Shown piece by piece: positions 28,146 to 37,453 of a DNA stretch of 64,000 bases (position 1 is its first letter; each line of letters begins with the position of its first letter). The notes below the pieces were generated by a model. That model did not search any database, was not told where the DNA came from, and saw only the letters and a list, made by a program, of their open reading frames with translations. This DNA comes from Syntrophorhabdaceae bacterium. GTDB taxonomy: Bacteria > Desulfobacterota > Syntrophorhabdia > Syntrophorhabdales > Syntrophorhabdaceae. Made by a program: the position numbers and the translations under genes. The stretch covers positions 2,752,001 to 2,816,000 of the forward strand of contig OY762209.1 of the NCBI GenBank assembly GCA_963665295.1. The letters run 5' to 3'.

Positions 28146-28850
28146 TTACCTCCTCACAATAGTTCCGACGGGCTCACCGGTGACCGCCTTCTTCATATCG
28201 TCTCCCTTTATATTGAAAACGATGATCGGCAGCTGGTGGTCCCGACAGAGGGTAATCGCCGTAAGGTCCATTACCCCGAGGTTTTTGCTGATCGCTTCCA
28301 TATAGGTTACCTCCGGCAGGAAAACGGCGTCCTTGTGGACCTCCGGGTCCTTGTCGAATATACCGTCAACCTTTGTCGCCTTGCACATGACGTCGGCCCG
28401 GATCTCTATGGCCCTGAGTGCCGCCGCGGTATCGGTGGTGAAGAACGGGTTTCCCGTACCTCCCGCGAATATCACGACACGCCCCTCTGAGAGATGTCTT
28501 ACGGCCTCTTGAGTCATGTACGGTTCGACAATGCCCGCTATCCCCACGGCGCTCTGGACAGTCACGGACAGACCCGCGCTTTCGAGAGCAGCCCGCAGAC
28601 CCAGTGCGTTTATCACTGTGGCGATCATGCCCATGTGATCGCCCGTTACCCGGTCTATACCCTGCTTTTGGGCCTTGACGCCCCTCATGATGTTTCCGCC
28701 TCCCACCACCAGGCCTATTTGAACCCCGAGGTCAGCGACGCTTTTGATCTGAGCAGCCACGGCAGCAAGGGTATCGGGGTCCAACCCGTACCCTTGCGTC
28801 CCCATGAGGGCTTCACCACTTAACTTTAAGAGAATTCTTCTGTAAGTCAT
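28146..28850 (-). CDS. pyrH: UMP kinase
   Basis: RILLKLSGEAL, VVGGGN, DHMGMIAT, GTGNPFFTTD; start placed at ATG 28850. Confidence 0.97.
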   Translation of the reverse strand: MTYRRILLKLSGEALMGTQGYGLDPDTLAAVAAQIKSVADLGVQIGLVVGGGNIMRGVKAQKQGIDRVTGDHMGMIATVINALGLRAALESAGLSVTVQSAVGIAGIVEPYMTQEAVRHLSEGRVVIFAGGTGNPFFTTDTAAALRAIEIRADVMCKATKVDGIFDKDPEVHKDAVFLPEVTYMEAISKNLGVMDLTAITLCRDHQLPIIVFNIKGDDMKKAVTGEPVGTIVRR

Positions 28851-28854
28851 TAGG

Positions 28855-29460
28855 TTACTCGGCGAGTGTCTCACCAAGCTGAAATCTTACGAACCTGTTG
28901 ACCACGATCTTTTCGCCCATCTTTACGATGAGTTCTTCAAGAAGGTCCTTTATCGTAATATCCTGATTCTTTACAAAGGTCTGCTCCATCAAGCAGATTT
29001 CCTGGAAATACTTCTCCATCTTTCCGTCCGCGATCCTGTCGATGATCTTTTCCGGTTTTCCGGACTCGAGGGCCTGGACCCTGTAAATGTGTTTCTCCTT
29101 TTCCTTCGCCTCTTCAGGTACGTCCTCTCTTCTCACGTAAGAAGGGTTCGCCGCGGCGATCTGCATGGCCAGGTCCTTCGCAAACTCCTGGAACTGAGCG
29201 GTCTTCGCCACAAAGTCCGTCTCGCAGTTTACCTCTACCATGACCCCTATTTTGCCGCCCGTATGGATGTAGGAAGAGATTACGCCTTCCGACGCGACCC
29301 TGCCCATGCGTTTTTGCAGCTTTGCCAGCCCCTTTTCTCTCAGGAACTCAATAGCTTTCTCTAAGTCGCCCTCCGCATGCTTCAACGCCTCTTTGCAGTC
29401 CATGAGGCCGACGCCTGTCTTTTCTCTAAGTTTTTTTACGAGTTCTGCGGTGATTTCCAT
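28855..29460 (-). CDS. tsf: Elongation factor Ts (short form)
   Basis: LREKTGVGLMDCKEAL, EVNCETDFVA, follows rpsB. Confidence 0.97.
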   Translation of the reverse strand: MEITAELVKKLREKTGVGLMDCKEALKHAEGDLEKAIEFLREKGLAKLQKRMGRVASEGVISSYIHTGGKIGVMVEVNCETDFVAKTAQFQEFAKDLAMQIAAANPSYVRREDVPEEAKEKEKHIYRVQALESGKPEKIIDRIADGKMEKYFQEICLMEQTFVKNQDITIKDLLEELIVKMGEKIVVNRFVRFQLGETLAE

Positions 29461-29474
29461 CTGTTTCCTCCTTC

Positions 29475-30263
29475 CTATTTGCTGCTGTCGTAGTCATCAT
29501 ATTTTTCTTCGAGGATGCTTTCGTCTATAAAGGGCTTCAGTTCTTCGTTCCCTTCCTCTTTAGCCTGAAATTCCTCAACGTACAGTGCTTTTCCCTCAAG
29601 GACCGCGTCGGCTATCTTCGAAGTGATGAGCTTAATGGCTCTTATGGCGTCATCGTTCCCCGGGATGATGTAATCGATATCGTCCGGATCGCAGTTCGTG
29701 TCGACTATACCGACGGTGGGTATGCCCAGTTTCTTCGCCTCGTTGACCGCAATGTATTCTTTCTTCGGGTCCACGATATAGACTGCGCCGGGAAGACGCT
29801 CCATGCCCTTGATGCCGCCTATGTTTTTTTCCAGTTTCAATCTGTCCTTTTCTATGCCTATGGCCTCTTTCTTCGGGAGGACCTTGTAAATATCGCTTTC
29901 CTTCAGTTCTTCGTATTTCCGGAGCTTGTCAAGACTTTTTCCGATGGTCTGGAAGTTGGTAAGGGTGCCGCCGAGCCACCTCACCCTGACGAAGAAGGCG
30001 CCGCATCTCCTGGCCTCTTCCGCGATGGCTTCCTGGGCCTGTTTCTTTGTGCCGACGAAGAGGATATACTCGTTCCGAGCTGCTACCTCTTTGACGAAGT
30101 TGTAAGCTTCCTTGAACATTTTCAGCGTCTTCTGAAGATCGATGATGTAGATACCGTTTCTCGCGCCGAAAATATAGGGTTTCATCTTCGGATTCCAGCG
30201 TTTTGTCTGGTGCCCGAAATGCACACCTGCCTCGAGAAGTTGTTTGATGGTAAGATTGGACAT
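29475..30263 (-). CDS. rpsB: 30S ribosomal protein S2
   Basis: [43 protein letters not shown]. Confidence 0.98.
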   Translation of the reverse strand: MSNLTIKQLLEAGVHFGHQTKRWNPKMKPYIFGARNGIYIIDLQKTLKMFKEAYNFVKEVAARNEYILFVGTKKQAQEAIAEEARRCGAFFVRVRWLGGTLTNFQTIGKSLDKLRKYEELKESDIYKVLPKKEAIGIEKDRLKLEKNIGGIKGMERLPGAVYIVDPKKEYIAVNEAKKLGIPTVGIVDTNCDPDDIDYIIPGNDDAIRAIKLITSKIADAVLEGKALYVEEFQAKEEGNEELKPFIDESILEEKYDDYDSSK

Positions 30264-30274
30264 ACTACCTCCTG

Positions 30275-30396
30275 GTTTTTTTGTCTTCCGCCCTTCGCAT
30301 TTTAGTTATAGACAGATTTTCTGCACCCTACGACTAATTGAAAGACGTGTAGATTTGATTCCACGTATAAATACCATATGATTTCAAATATTTCAA
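30275..30396 (-). promoter_or_regulatory. rpsB promoter and structured leader resembling the S2 autoregulatory element
   Basis: TTGAAA-17-TATTTA with extended TG (30396-30368); leader ACACGTCTTTC...AGGGTG-CAGAAAATCTG...GAAGGGCGGAAGAC has the ACAC/GGGU layout I recall for rpsB leaders. Confidence 0.55.
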
Positions 30397-30602
30397 CAGA
30401 AAATAGAAAGGGGCGGCAACGTGACGGGAGAGGATTGCCGGCCTGCTTTCACGGAGATACTGTGGAGGGGACGGTGAGGTCGTGGGAAGACGCGCCTTTA
30501 TGCCCGGGGAGCCCCCCGGGGGCTGAAGGACCTTATATTGCTTGAAGATAAAAGGAGTTATGTGTTATATTCAAACGGACAAAAATAAGGAGGAAGAGTA
30601 CT

Positions 30603-30734
30603 ATGGCATCCAATACGAAAAAGACCGACGCAAGAAGGAAGAGAAAAAAGACCAGCCAGGGCAAAAAGAGAAAGGTGATAATGTCGAAAATGTCCACACC
30701 GGCTTTCGCAGTACATGTAGAGAAGAGCGAATAA
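30603..30734 (+). CDS. Small basic hypothetical protein (43 aa)
   Basis: Not in the ORF track. AAGGAGG RBS; MASNTKKTDARRKRKKTSQGKKRKVIMSKMSTPAFAVHVEKSE*; TGtTATATT extended -10 upstream. Confidence 0.72.
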   Translation: MASNTKKTDARRKRKKTSQGKKRKVIMSKMSTPAFAVHVEKSE

Positions 30735-30765
30735 ACAAAAGAAGCCGTGAAAAGCCAAGAGAAAC

Positions 30766-31920
30766 ATGGGTGAGACCCTTAGATACGAGATAGGACCCAT
30801 CAGGCCCCCCAATGAAGCTTACAGCCTGCTGGTAAGGTTTACGAGGAACTGCCCCTGGAACCAGTGCGAGTTCTGTCACACCTATAAGGGCAAGAGATTC
30901 GAAAAACGGAAACTGTCGGACATCAAAAGGGATATAGATAGCATAAAGGCCATACGCGACGATGTGACCGGTCTTTCCATGACCATGGGATATGAAGGTA
31001 AGATCACGGAGGAACTGGTTGACCATATCTTCGGGGACAGCAGCCGCAACGACTGTTACCGGAGCGTCGTTGCGTGGTTGTACTTCGGCGGCAAGAACGT
31101 CTTTATACAGGACGCGAATTCCCCGGCCATGAAGACCGAAGTGTTTGTCGAGGCCCTCCAGTACCTCAAGGAGAAGCTCCCTTCCATCGACCGGGTTACA
31201 TCCTATGCGCGGTCGAGGACGATCGCCAAGAGATTGAGCCTCGACGACTTGAAGGCAATGAAGGAAGCCGGTCTGACCAGGCTTCACGTCGGCATGGAGA
31301 CGGGCAGCAACGTTCTCCTCAATGAGATCAACAAAGGCGCGACAAAAGAAGACCATATAGCCTGCGGCAAGAAGGTGAAGGCAGCGGGAATAGAACTCTC
31401 CGAGTATGTAATTCTCGGCCTTGGCGGAAAGAAGCTGTGGGAAGAGCATGCCCTTGAAACGGCTGCCGCCCTGAACAGGATAGACCCCGATTTCATTCGA
31501 TTCCGGACGTTGAAAGTCCTGAAGGATATGCCCCTCTATGAAAAAGTGAGCAGGGGCGACTTCCTCATTCCCCATGATGAAGATATCCTGCGGGAAGAAA
31601 TGCTCCTCATCGAACATCTGGAAGGCATCGGGAGCCGGATAAAGAGCGACCATATCCTTAACCTCCTGGAAGACGTGGAAGGTAAGCTTCCTGAAGACAA
31701 GGAACGGATGATTTCAGTCATCGACCGGTTTTTTGCCATGAGCGCCGAAGAGAAGCTTGTGTACAGATTCGGCAGAAGGGCAGGAATGTATCGGAGCCTC
31801 GACGACCTCCATGACGAGCTTTCCTATTACAGGATAAAGAAGGCCATCAAGGACATGGAAGAGAAAGAACCGGGGAGCGTGGAAAAGACCCTGTCCCTCC
31901 TCCTCGAAAATTACATCTGA
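30766..31920 (+). CDS. Radical SAM protein of unknown function
   Basis: IRPPNEA, CPWNQCEFC, HVGMETGS, SDHILN. Confidence 0.88.
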   Translation: MGETLRYEIGPIRPPNEAYSLLVRFTRNCPWNQCEFCHTYKGKRFEKRKLSDIKRDIDSIKAIRDDVTGLSMTMGYEGKITEELVDHIFGDSSRNDCYRSVVAWLYFGGKNVFIQDANSPAMKTEVFVEALQYLKEKLPSIDRVTSYARSRTIAKRLSLDDLKAMKEAGLTRLHVGMETGSNVLLNEINKGATKEDHIACGKKVKAAGIELSEYVILGLGGKKLWEEHALETAAALNRIDPDFIRFRTLKVLKDMPLYEKVSRGDFLIPHDEDILREEMLLIEHLEGIGSRIKSDHILNLLEDVEGKLPEDKERMISVIDRFFAMSAEEKLVYRFGRRAGMYRSLDDLHDELSYYRIKKAIKDMEEKEPGSVEKTLSLLLENYI

Positions 31921-32166
31921 TACAATTTACCATCTGAACAAAATCGTTCACCCTCCGCATTGTCCGGCAAAGACCGCCCGTATTCCGGGAATGACGGGTT
32001 TGCCACCCGCCCTGTGAGAAGACTCCCTCCCGAGGGCCCACCTCCGGGTGCGCCGGAATTGTGAGATCGGTTTCTCAACGTCCGGCCGAAAGTGTGCTAC
32101 ACTATAATATAAAGGTGTTGCGGGTAACGGAATATGAGGTTCATTTAACGCGCGGAAGGTGACGGA

Positions 32167-32760
32167 ATGAGCATAATCATAATCCCTGCAGGTCACATAA
32201 TCGGAGAAACACTTCATATTCTCGCACGGGATGCGGGCGCCATACTGGACAAAGCGGCCCGTGTCGGCAAGGGCCTCCCCGACCCCGGCTATGGGCTGAA
32301 TAGCAAGAGGGGGCAGTATTCCGCGGAGGCAATACTCTATGAGGTGTTTAAATCGAAAGAACGCGGTCCCCACGAAAGGGTCCTCGGGGTGGTGGACCAC
32401 GACCTTTACGTACCGGAGTTCAACTTCGTTTTCGGCATTGCTCTGGGTAACTCGGCGTTGATATCGATGACCCGCCTCAGACCTGAGTTCTACGGGCTTG
32501 AGCCTGACCCGCCCCTTTTTCGGAAGAGGCTCCTTACCGAAGCGGTTCATGAGTTGGGCCATACCTATGGAATGGGACATTGCGCGAACCCCTTCTGCGT
32601 TATGTTTTTCTCCAATACCCTTAACGACACGGACAGGAAGGGGGTTGACTTCTGCGAGCCCTGCAGACACGCCCTGTCCTCCCGAAAAGAGCCGTCCACC
32701 CTCGCTGAGGACGGATGGTTATTCATGAACTCTCCCTTTGCCTTTGCGCCGGCCTCCTGA
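32167..32760 (+). CDS. Archaemetzincin-family (M54) Zn metalloprotease
   Basis: NFVFG, HELGHTYGMGHC...CVM...D.K...FCEPC. Confidence 0.85.
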   Translation: MSIIIIPAGHIIGETLHILARDAGAILDKAARVGKGLPDPGYGLNSKRGQYSAEAILYEVFKSKERGPHERVLGVVDHDLYVPEFNFVFGIALGNSALISMTRLRPEFYGLEPDPPLFRKRLLTEAVHELGHTYGMGHCANPFCVMFFSNTLNDTDRKGVDFCEPCRHALSSRKEPSTLAEDGWLFMNSPFAFAPAS

Positions 32761-33942
32761 GTAGCGGTATTCATACATGTGTTTCTGGAAAGCCTCCACC
32801 GTCCTCATGGAGGCACGCAGTCTCTGTCTCTCTGCTTCATCGAGCATATCGGGATTTACATGGACAGCTTCCCGTTCTTCCGCCTCCCTGCACACTGTCT
32901 GGGTGAAGAGCCTGAAGTTCATGAAAGAAAGGTAGGCGTCTTCGAGGTCCCTCTCCATCCCTGATGAAATGAGCCCTTCTTCTCTGAGGACGCGAATCCG
33001 GAGGAGGGTGTTCGTCTCCTCGATCCCATGGGAAAGAGAAAAGGCCCTTATACTCGTCACGAGGGGCGTCCATCCTCGGAGGCCCGCATGGAAGGTCCCC
33101 CTGTGGCGGCCCTCCGTCTCCCGCCTGAACCTGCCGAAGAGTCCCAGGGCCGTTTCGAAGAGGATCGCGGAGCGGACGAACCCTTTTATAATGGCTCCGT
33201 TTTTTCTCAGAGCGCCGAAAAGCTCGTTGAGGACGATGCGGGAAAGCCTCTGGTCGCCGCTCACCGGTCGTGCGTCCGCGAAAGCCATGATGTCGGAGGG
33301 CCTCAAAGGGCCTCGCCCGAGGTGCATCGACTCACGTATCTTCTTCTTCCAATCCTCCACCGAGCCCGTCCTTTCACGGGGCGAGAAGGGTCCGGTTGTC
33401 TCGCAGGCTCCCAACCCCACGGCGGAAAGCCTTTCCGCCATCCTTTGGGAGAGCTCCCGGTAATAAGGGGTGGACCGGGTCCTGCGGCCCGGTCCGTTGG
33501 TTCCCCCGGCAGCCTCCGGGGGACGGTTATGTTTGGGCGTCGTTATTTCCGCATCATTGCGGTCATCGTGGACGATGATGTTGATTTGCCTTCCGGCAAG
33601 GGTTTCCTCGCGCCGTCCCGCGGACCCGAGACTCATCCAGGCGTATGGGGCCGGGGGCGGGCCGAAGCCGTCCCGGTCCATCTCGTGCTCGACGACATCG
33701 AGAAGCCTCGTGGTTATCCTGTCTCTCGTGGTGGTGAGGAGCGCATGAATTCCGGGCGCCCCATTGCGTCTCAGGACCAGGTCCCGGGCTTGGCGGAGGG
33801 CCGCGTCATGGTGTCTCTGTAAGGCCTGACAGACATTCATCTTCTCAACGTCCTCCGCAGAGAACCCGGGACCCGGCATCGGCCCTTCACTTGCCGGTAC
33901 GGAGGGCCCGGTTCTCTTCTTCAGCAAAAGAGGCATGGTCAT
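32719..33942 (-). CDS. DUF294/DUF294_C nucleotidyltransferase-like protein with degenerate active site
   Basis: PPAPYAWMSLGSAGRREE, DARPVSGD, LGLFGRF, ETNTLLRI; start uncertain (ATG 33942 or 33936). Confidence 0.72.
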   Translation of the reverse strand: MTMPLLLKKRTGPSVPASEGPMPGPGFSAEDVEKMNVCQALQRHHDAALRQARDLVLRRNGAPGIHALLTTTRDRITTRLLDVVEHEMDRDGFGPPPAPYAWMSLGSAGRREETLAGRQINIIVHDDRNDAEITTPKHNRPPEAAGGTNGPGRRTRSTPYYRELSQRMAERLSAVGLGACETTGPFSPRERTGSVEDWKKKIRESMHLGRGPLRPSDIMAFADARPVSGDQRLSRIVLNELFGALRKNGAIIKGFVRSAILFETALGLFGRFRRETEGRHRGTFHAGLRGWTPLVTSIRAFSLSHGIEETNTLLRIRVLREEGLISSGMERDLEDAYLSFMNFRLFTQTVCREAEEREAVHVNPDMLDEAERQRLRASMRTVEAFQKHMYEYRYSGGRRKGKGRVHE

Positions 33943-33956
33943 TCTCCGAACCGGCG

Positions 33957-35189
33957 TCAGACGGTTTTGAAACCTTTCCGCAGGACCAGTGAACTGAAAG
34001 TGCCGACAAGGGAGACAAGGGCGGACAGAAGAAAGGCATTGGTGAAGGTCCCGGTGGAATCCTTCAGCCATCCGCCCACAAAGGGTCCGAGGGCCTGACC
34101 GATCCCGAAAAAGAGGGTGATGAAGCCGAGCCCGGCCGGTGCGAGCCTTCCTCCCACTGCGTCGCCCGCGGCGGCGGCCATGATCACGGGTACCGCAAAG
34201 GCGGTAATGCCGAAAAGGGCCGCGGAAATATAAAAACCGACACTGCTTTTGGTGAAAGCGAGGATGAAGTAGGAAATGGTGAGGGTCAGGTAGGCAAGCA
34301 TGGAGCCGTACCTTCTTCCTACCACGTCTGAAATGCCTCCCCATACAACCCCGCAGAATATACTGACCATGCCGAGAACGGCAAATATCTGTCCGGCTTT
34401 CGCAGGGGGAATGCCCACCTCTTTGTTAAGGTATGCGATAATGAAGGTGAGGTAGATTATGTAAGAGAACCCGTACATGAGATAGACCATTCCAAGCTTC
34501 CACAGTTCCGCCTCGCCCAACACGTCTCTCCAGACGGCGAACATGGTGGGGGCAGGCGCTGCCTTGGGCTCCTCCCCGCCGTCGAGCATGGGAGCCCCAT
34601 AGGCGGTAAGGCCCTTCTCTCTCGGATTATCCCTCAGAAGCGCATAGCAGAGGAGAGAAAGGAGACATGCGGCGGCGCCCATTACGAACCATGCGTACCT
34701 CCAGCCTTCAACGCCGTAGCGGGAAAGGAAATAGGGGAGAATGATCCCCGCGAGAGAAAGACCTACCCCTATTCCCATAATGACGATCCCGATGGCAAGC
34801 CCCCTCTTCCTGGTGGCAAACCACGCAGCCGGGAGGGCCATGATCGGGACGAAACTTCCTCCGTTGCCGAGGCCCGTGATCAGCCTCGTGGTAAAGGCAT
34901 AGGAAAAGGAATTGGCGAAGCCCGTGAGAAAGATGCTGACCCCCAATATGATGAGAGAAACGAATACGACCTTCCTTACCCCGAAGCGGGCGGCAAGAAA
35001 TCCGCCCACGATAGACAGGACCATGTATCCGATGAAGTTCCCGGTCCCGATGAGACCAAGCTGCGTATAAGAGAAGGAAAGTCCGTCCCTCATGGCAGGA
35101 AGAAGAACAGAATAGGACATCCGGCCAAATCCGTGGGCGAGAAGCACCACAAGGGCCCCTGTAGCAGCGATAATCCAAGCATAATGCAT
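33957..35189 (-). CDS. MFS transporter (YbfB/YjiJ-like)
   Basis: GFGRMSYSVLLPAM, NFIGY, about 12 hydrophobic segments, SDVVGRR. Confidence 0.88.
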   Translation of the reverse strand: MHYAWIIAATGALVVLLAHGFGRMSYSVLLPAMRDGLSFSYTQLGLIGTGNFIGYMVLSIVGGFLAARFGVRKVVFVSLIILGVSIFLTGFANSFSYAFTTRLITGLGNGGSFVPIMALPAAWFATRKRGLAIGIVIMGIGVGLSLAGIILPYFLSRYGVEGWRYAWFVMGAAACLLSLLCYALLRDNPREKGLTAYGAPMLDGGEEPKAAPAPTMFAVWRDVLGEAELWKLGMVYLMYGFSYIIYLTFIIAYLNKEVGIPPAKAGQIFAVLGMVSIFCGVVWGGISDVVGRRYGSMLAYLTLTISYFILAFTKSSVGFYISAALFGITAFAVPVIMAAAAGDAVGGRLAPAGLGFITLFFGIGQALGPFVGGWLKDSTGTFTNAFLLSALVSLVGTFSSLVLRKGFKTV

Positions 35190-35357
35190 ACGTGTACCTC
35201 CCTATTGGTTTAATTCCGTATACAAACAATCGGAGTTGAGGCCAATGATAGCACATAGCTTCGACAAGAAAACGACAGGAATATGCTACAAAAATGATAA
35301 CGTCGCACTACCATTGGAATGGTAGGTTTCTGACAAGTAAATGGTAGGTAGGCCCTA

Positions 35358-37400
35358 CTATTGTGGGAAGGAGGACATGAGGTAGGTCCTCAGATTGACC
35401 TTTACACTGTTTAATCCGAGCTTGTTCCTGAGGTGCTGACGATGAAGGTTTATCGCGCTTACCGATACGCCCAGCATATCGGCGATTTCCTTCACTGTCT
35501 TTCCATCCCTTATGAGATGGGCCACCTTTATCTCCGCGGGGGTGAAGTTGATATTGATGGAAGTCATTTGATGCACAAAAGGTGACATGATGTTTTTCAG
35601 ATTTGCCTCGAGCACTCCGAGGTAGGACCGGAGCCGGGCATCCAGCCGGAATTGCTTCAGTTTATCTATGTAGGGGAAGACAAGCTCTTTGGAGTTGTGG
35701 AGGATCTTCTGCTCCAGTTCTTCCCGGTCCATTTCCCTTTGCTGGAGCAATACCCTCAGGGCGGCGTTCGCGTCTTCGAGGGCAAGGGACTTGTTTCTCA
35801 ATTCCTCCTCGTACTCTTTCCGCTTGGTAATATCCCGGATGATCCCCTGGAGTATGGGTTTTCCTTCGAGTTCGATGCAGTTGAGGCTCACCTCGGCGTC
35901 AAATACGGTCCCGTCCGGGCGGCAGTGTTTCCATTCAAAGAACTGTAACCGGCCGCGCATGGCCGCCCTTATCTTCGCGGCGGCTTTCTCGCTCGACTCA
36001 CTCCCGTCAGGCTGCAAAGGAGGCGAAAACGCATAGGGTCTCCGGCCGACGAACTGGCCCTTCGTGCAGCGGAACATCTTGAGGGTCTTGCTGTTGCAGT
36101 CCACGCACCGGTCGTTTCTCATGAGAAAGATCGCGTCGTTCGAGGACTCGAAAAGGGTCCTGTATTTGAGTTCTCCATCTCTGAGCGCCTTTTCCGCTTC
36201 GTTGCGCTCCGTGATGTCTCTCATAAAACCCCACATTTCCTCCGGGTTGCCGTCCTCGTCCCTCTTGAGGTGCGCCCTCACCTCGACAGGGAAGACCACG
36301 CCGTCCTTCCTGATATATTCCTTTTCATAGACGTCGGAGTAACCCCTTTTCATCACCTGCTTCGCCACGATCTTATCCTCGAAGACATGCCACTCGGCGG
36401 GGGTAATGGCGTCGTAGGTCATTTCGGAAAGCTCTTCCCGGCTGTAGCCGACCATGGCCTGAAAGGAGGGGTTCGCCTCGGTGATCTTTCTTTCCATGTT
36501 TACTGCGGCGAACCCGTCACGGAGGTTTTCGAATAACCCATGGTACCTTTTCTCGGAGTTTTTGAGGGCCTCTTCAGTCCTTTTCCGCTCTGTATTATCG
36601 AGAAACGTCCCTATTACGGCAGGCTTTCCCCGGTAGGTGGTGCTGGAGCTATAGACTTCAACGTTCCTGATTTCACCGTTCTTCCTCACTGTTCTGAATT
36701 CGGAATAGAAGGACTGGACCTCCCCCGCGATTCTTCTCTGTATGTATTCCTCCACCGCGGGCCAGTCTTCGGGCAGAACAATATCCCTGGGGCCGAGTTT
36801 GCGGGTGATCTCTTCCGTCGTATATCCCTGTATCTCCGCGAGGCGTGAATTGACATAGAGAAAGACACCGTCCTGAAGGAGATACATGCCGACGGGCGCC
36901 TTTTCCGCCAGGTCTCTGAATTTGTTTTCCGATTCGCGGAGTTGCCCTGTCCTCCTTTCGACTTCCGCTTCCAGGGCATGGGCGTAACCCTCGGTCTCCC
37001 GCTCGTGGAGGAGCTGGAAGTATTCGGTAAACCTCCGAATCGTATAGCTGAGGCAAAGGTTGAGCCCGTCAAGGCGGCCGACGAGCGCATCGCGGTCCAG
37101 GGTCTTCACAAGGAGAGGCATGAGGATGGACCTGTAAAGTTCGAAGGCCTTCTGAACATCGGAGAGAGAAAAGGCCGCCCGGGACCGGACCCTCCCCATC
37201 TTCTTGATAAAGGTATCTATTCTGGAGTGGTCTCCATTCACGAGGACCTCGAAGTTCGCGTCCGCAGCCTCCGACACGGCGGCCGCGACCTCTTCGATGG
37301 GGCGGGCGGCGAAGCAGGGGCTTACCTCTGTGCGCAGCCGCCGCGTCCACTCGTCTACGACGTGGTTTTTATGAAGAATGAGTATTTCCGCGATATCCAA
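35358..37400 (-). CDS. Multi-PAS LuxR-family transcriptional regulator with N-terminal RsbRD_N-like helical domain
   Basis: Three PAS/PAC repeats ending DNTERK/DITERN/DITKRK; C-terminal FTPAEIKVAHLIRDGKTVKEIA...HRQHLRNKLG HTH. Confidence 0.88.
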   Translation of the reverse strand: MDIAEILILHKNHVVDEWTRRLRTEVSPCFAARPIEEVAAAVSEAADANFEVLVNGDHSRIDTFIKKMGRVRSRAAFSLSDVQKAFELYRSILMPLLVKTLDRDALVGRLDGLNLCLSYTIRRFTEYFQLLHERETEGYAHALEAEVERRTGQLRESENKFRDLAEKAPVGMYLLQDGVFLYVNSRLAEIQGYTTEEITRKLGPRDIVLPEDWPAVEEYIQRRIAGEVQSFYSEFRTVRKNGEIRNVEVYSSSTTYRGKPAVIGTFLDNTERKRTEEALKNSEKRYHGLFENLRDGFAAVNMERKITEANPSFQAMVGYSREELSEMTYDAITPAEWHVFEDKIVAKQVMKRGYSDVYEKEYIRKDGVVFPVEVRAHLKRDEDGNPEEMWGFMRDITERNEAEKALRDGELKYRTLFESSNDAIFLMRNDRCVDCNSKTLKMFRCTKGQFVGRRPYAFSPPLQPDGSESSEKAAAKIRAAMRGRLQFFEWKHCRPDGTVFDAEVSLNCIELEGKPILQGIIRDITKRKEYEEELRNKSLALEDANAALRVLLQQREMDREELEQKILHNSKELVFPYIDKLKQFRLDARLRSYLGVLEANLKNIMSPFVHQMTSININFTPAEIKVAHLIRDGKTVKEIADMLGVSVSAINLHRQHLRNKLGLNSVKVNLRTYLMSSFPQ

Positions 37401-37453
37401 ATCAGGGACCTTTCGGGAGTCTTACGTGAAAGAGGGAAGGCAGCCGGGGGACC

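Noticed and set aside
28855..29460. Short EF-Ts as a truncation
   Set aside because: EF-Ts of about 200 aa is a known normal form in several bacterial lineages.
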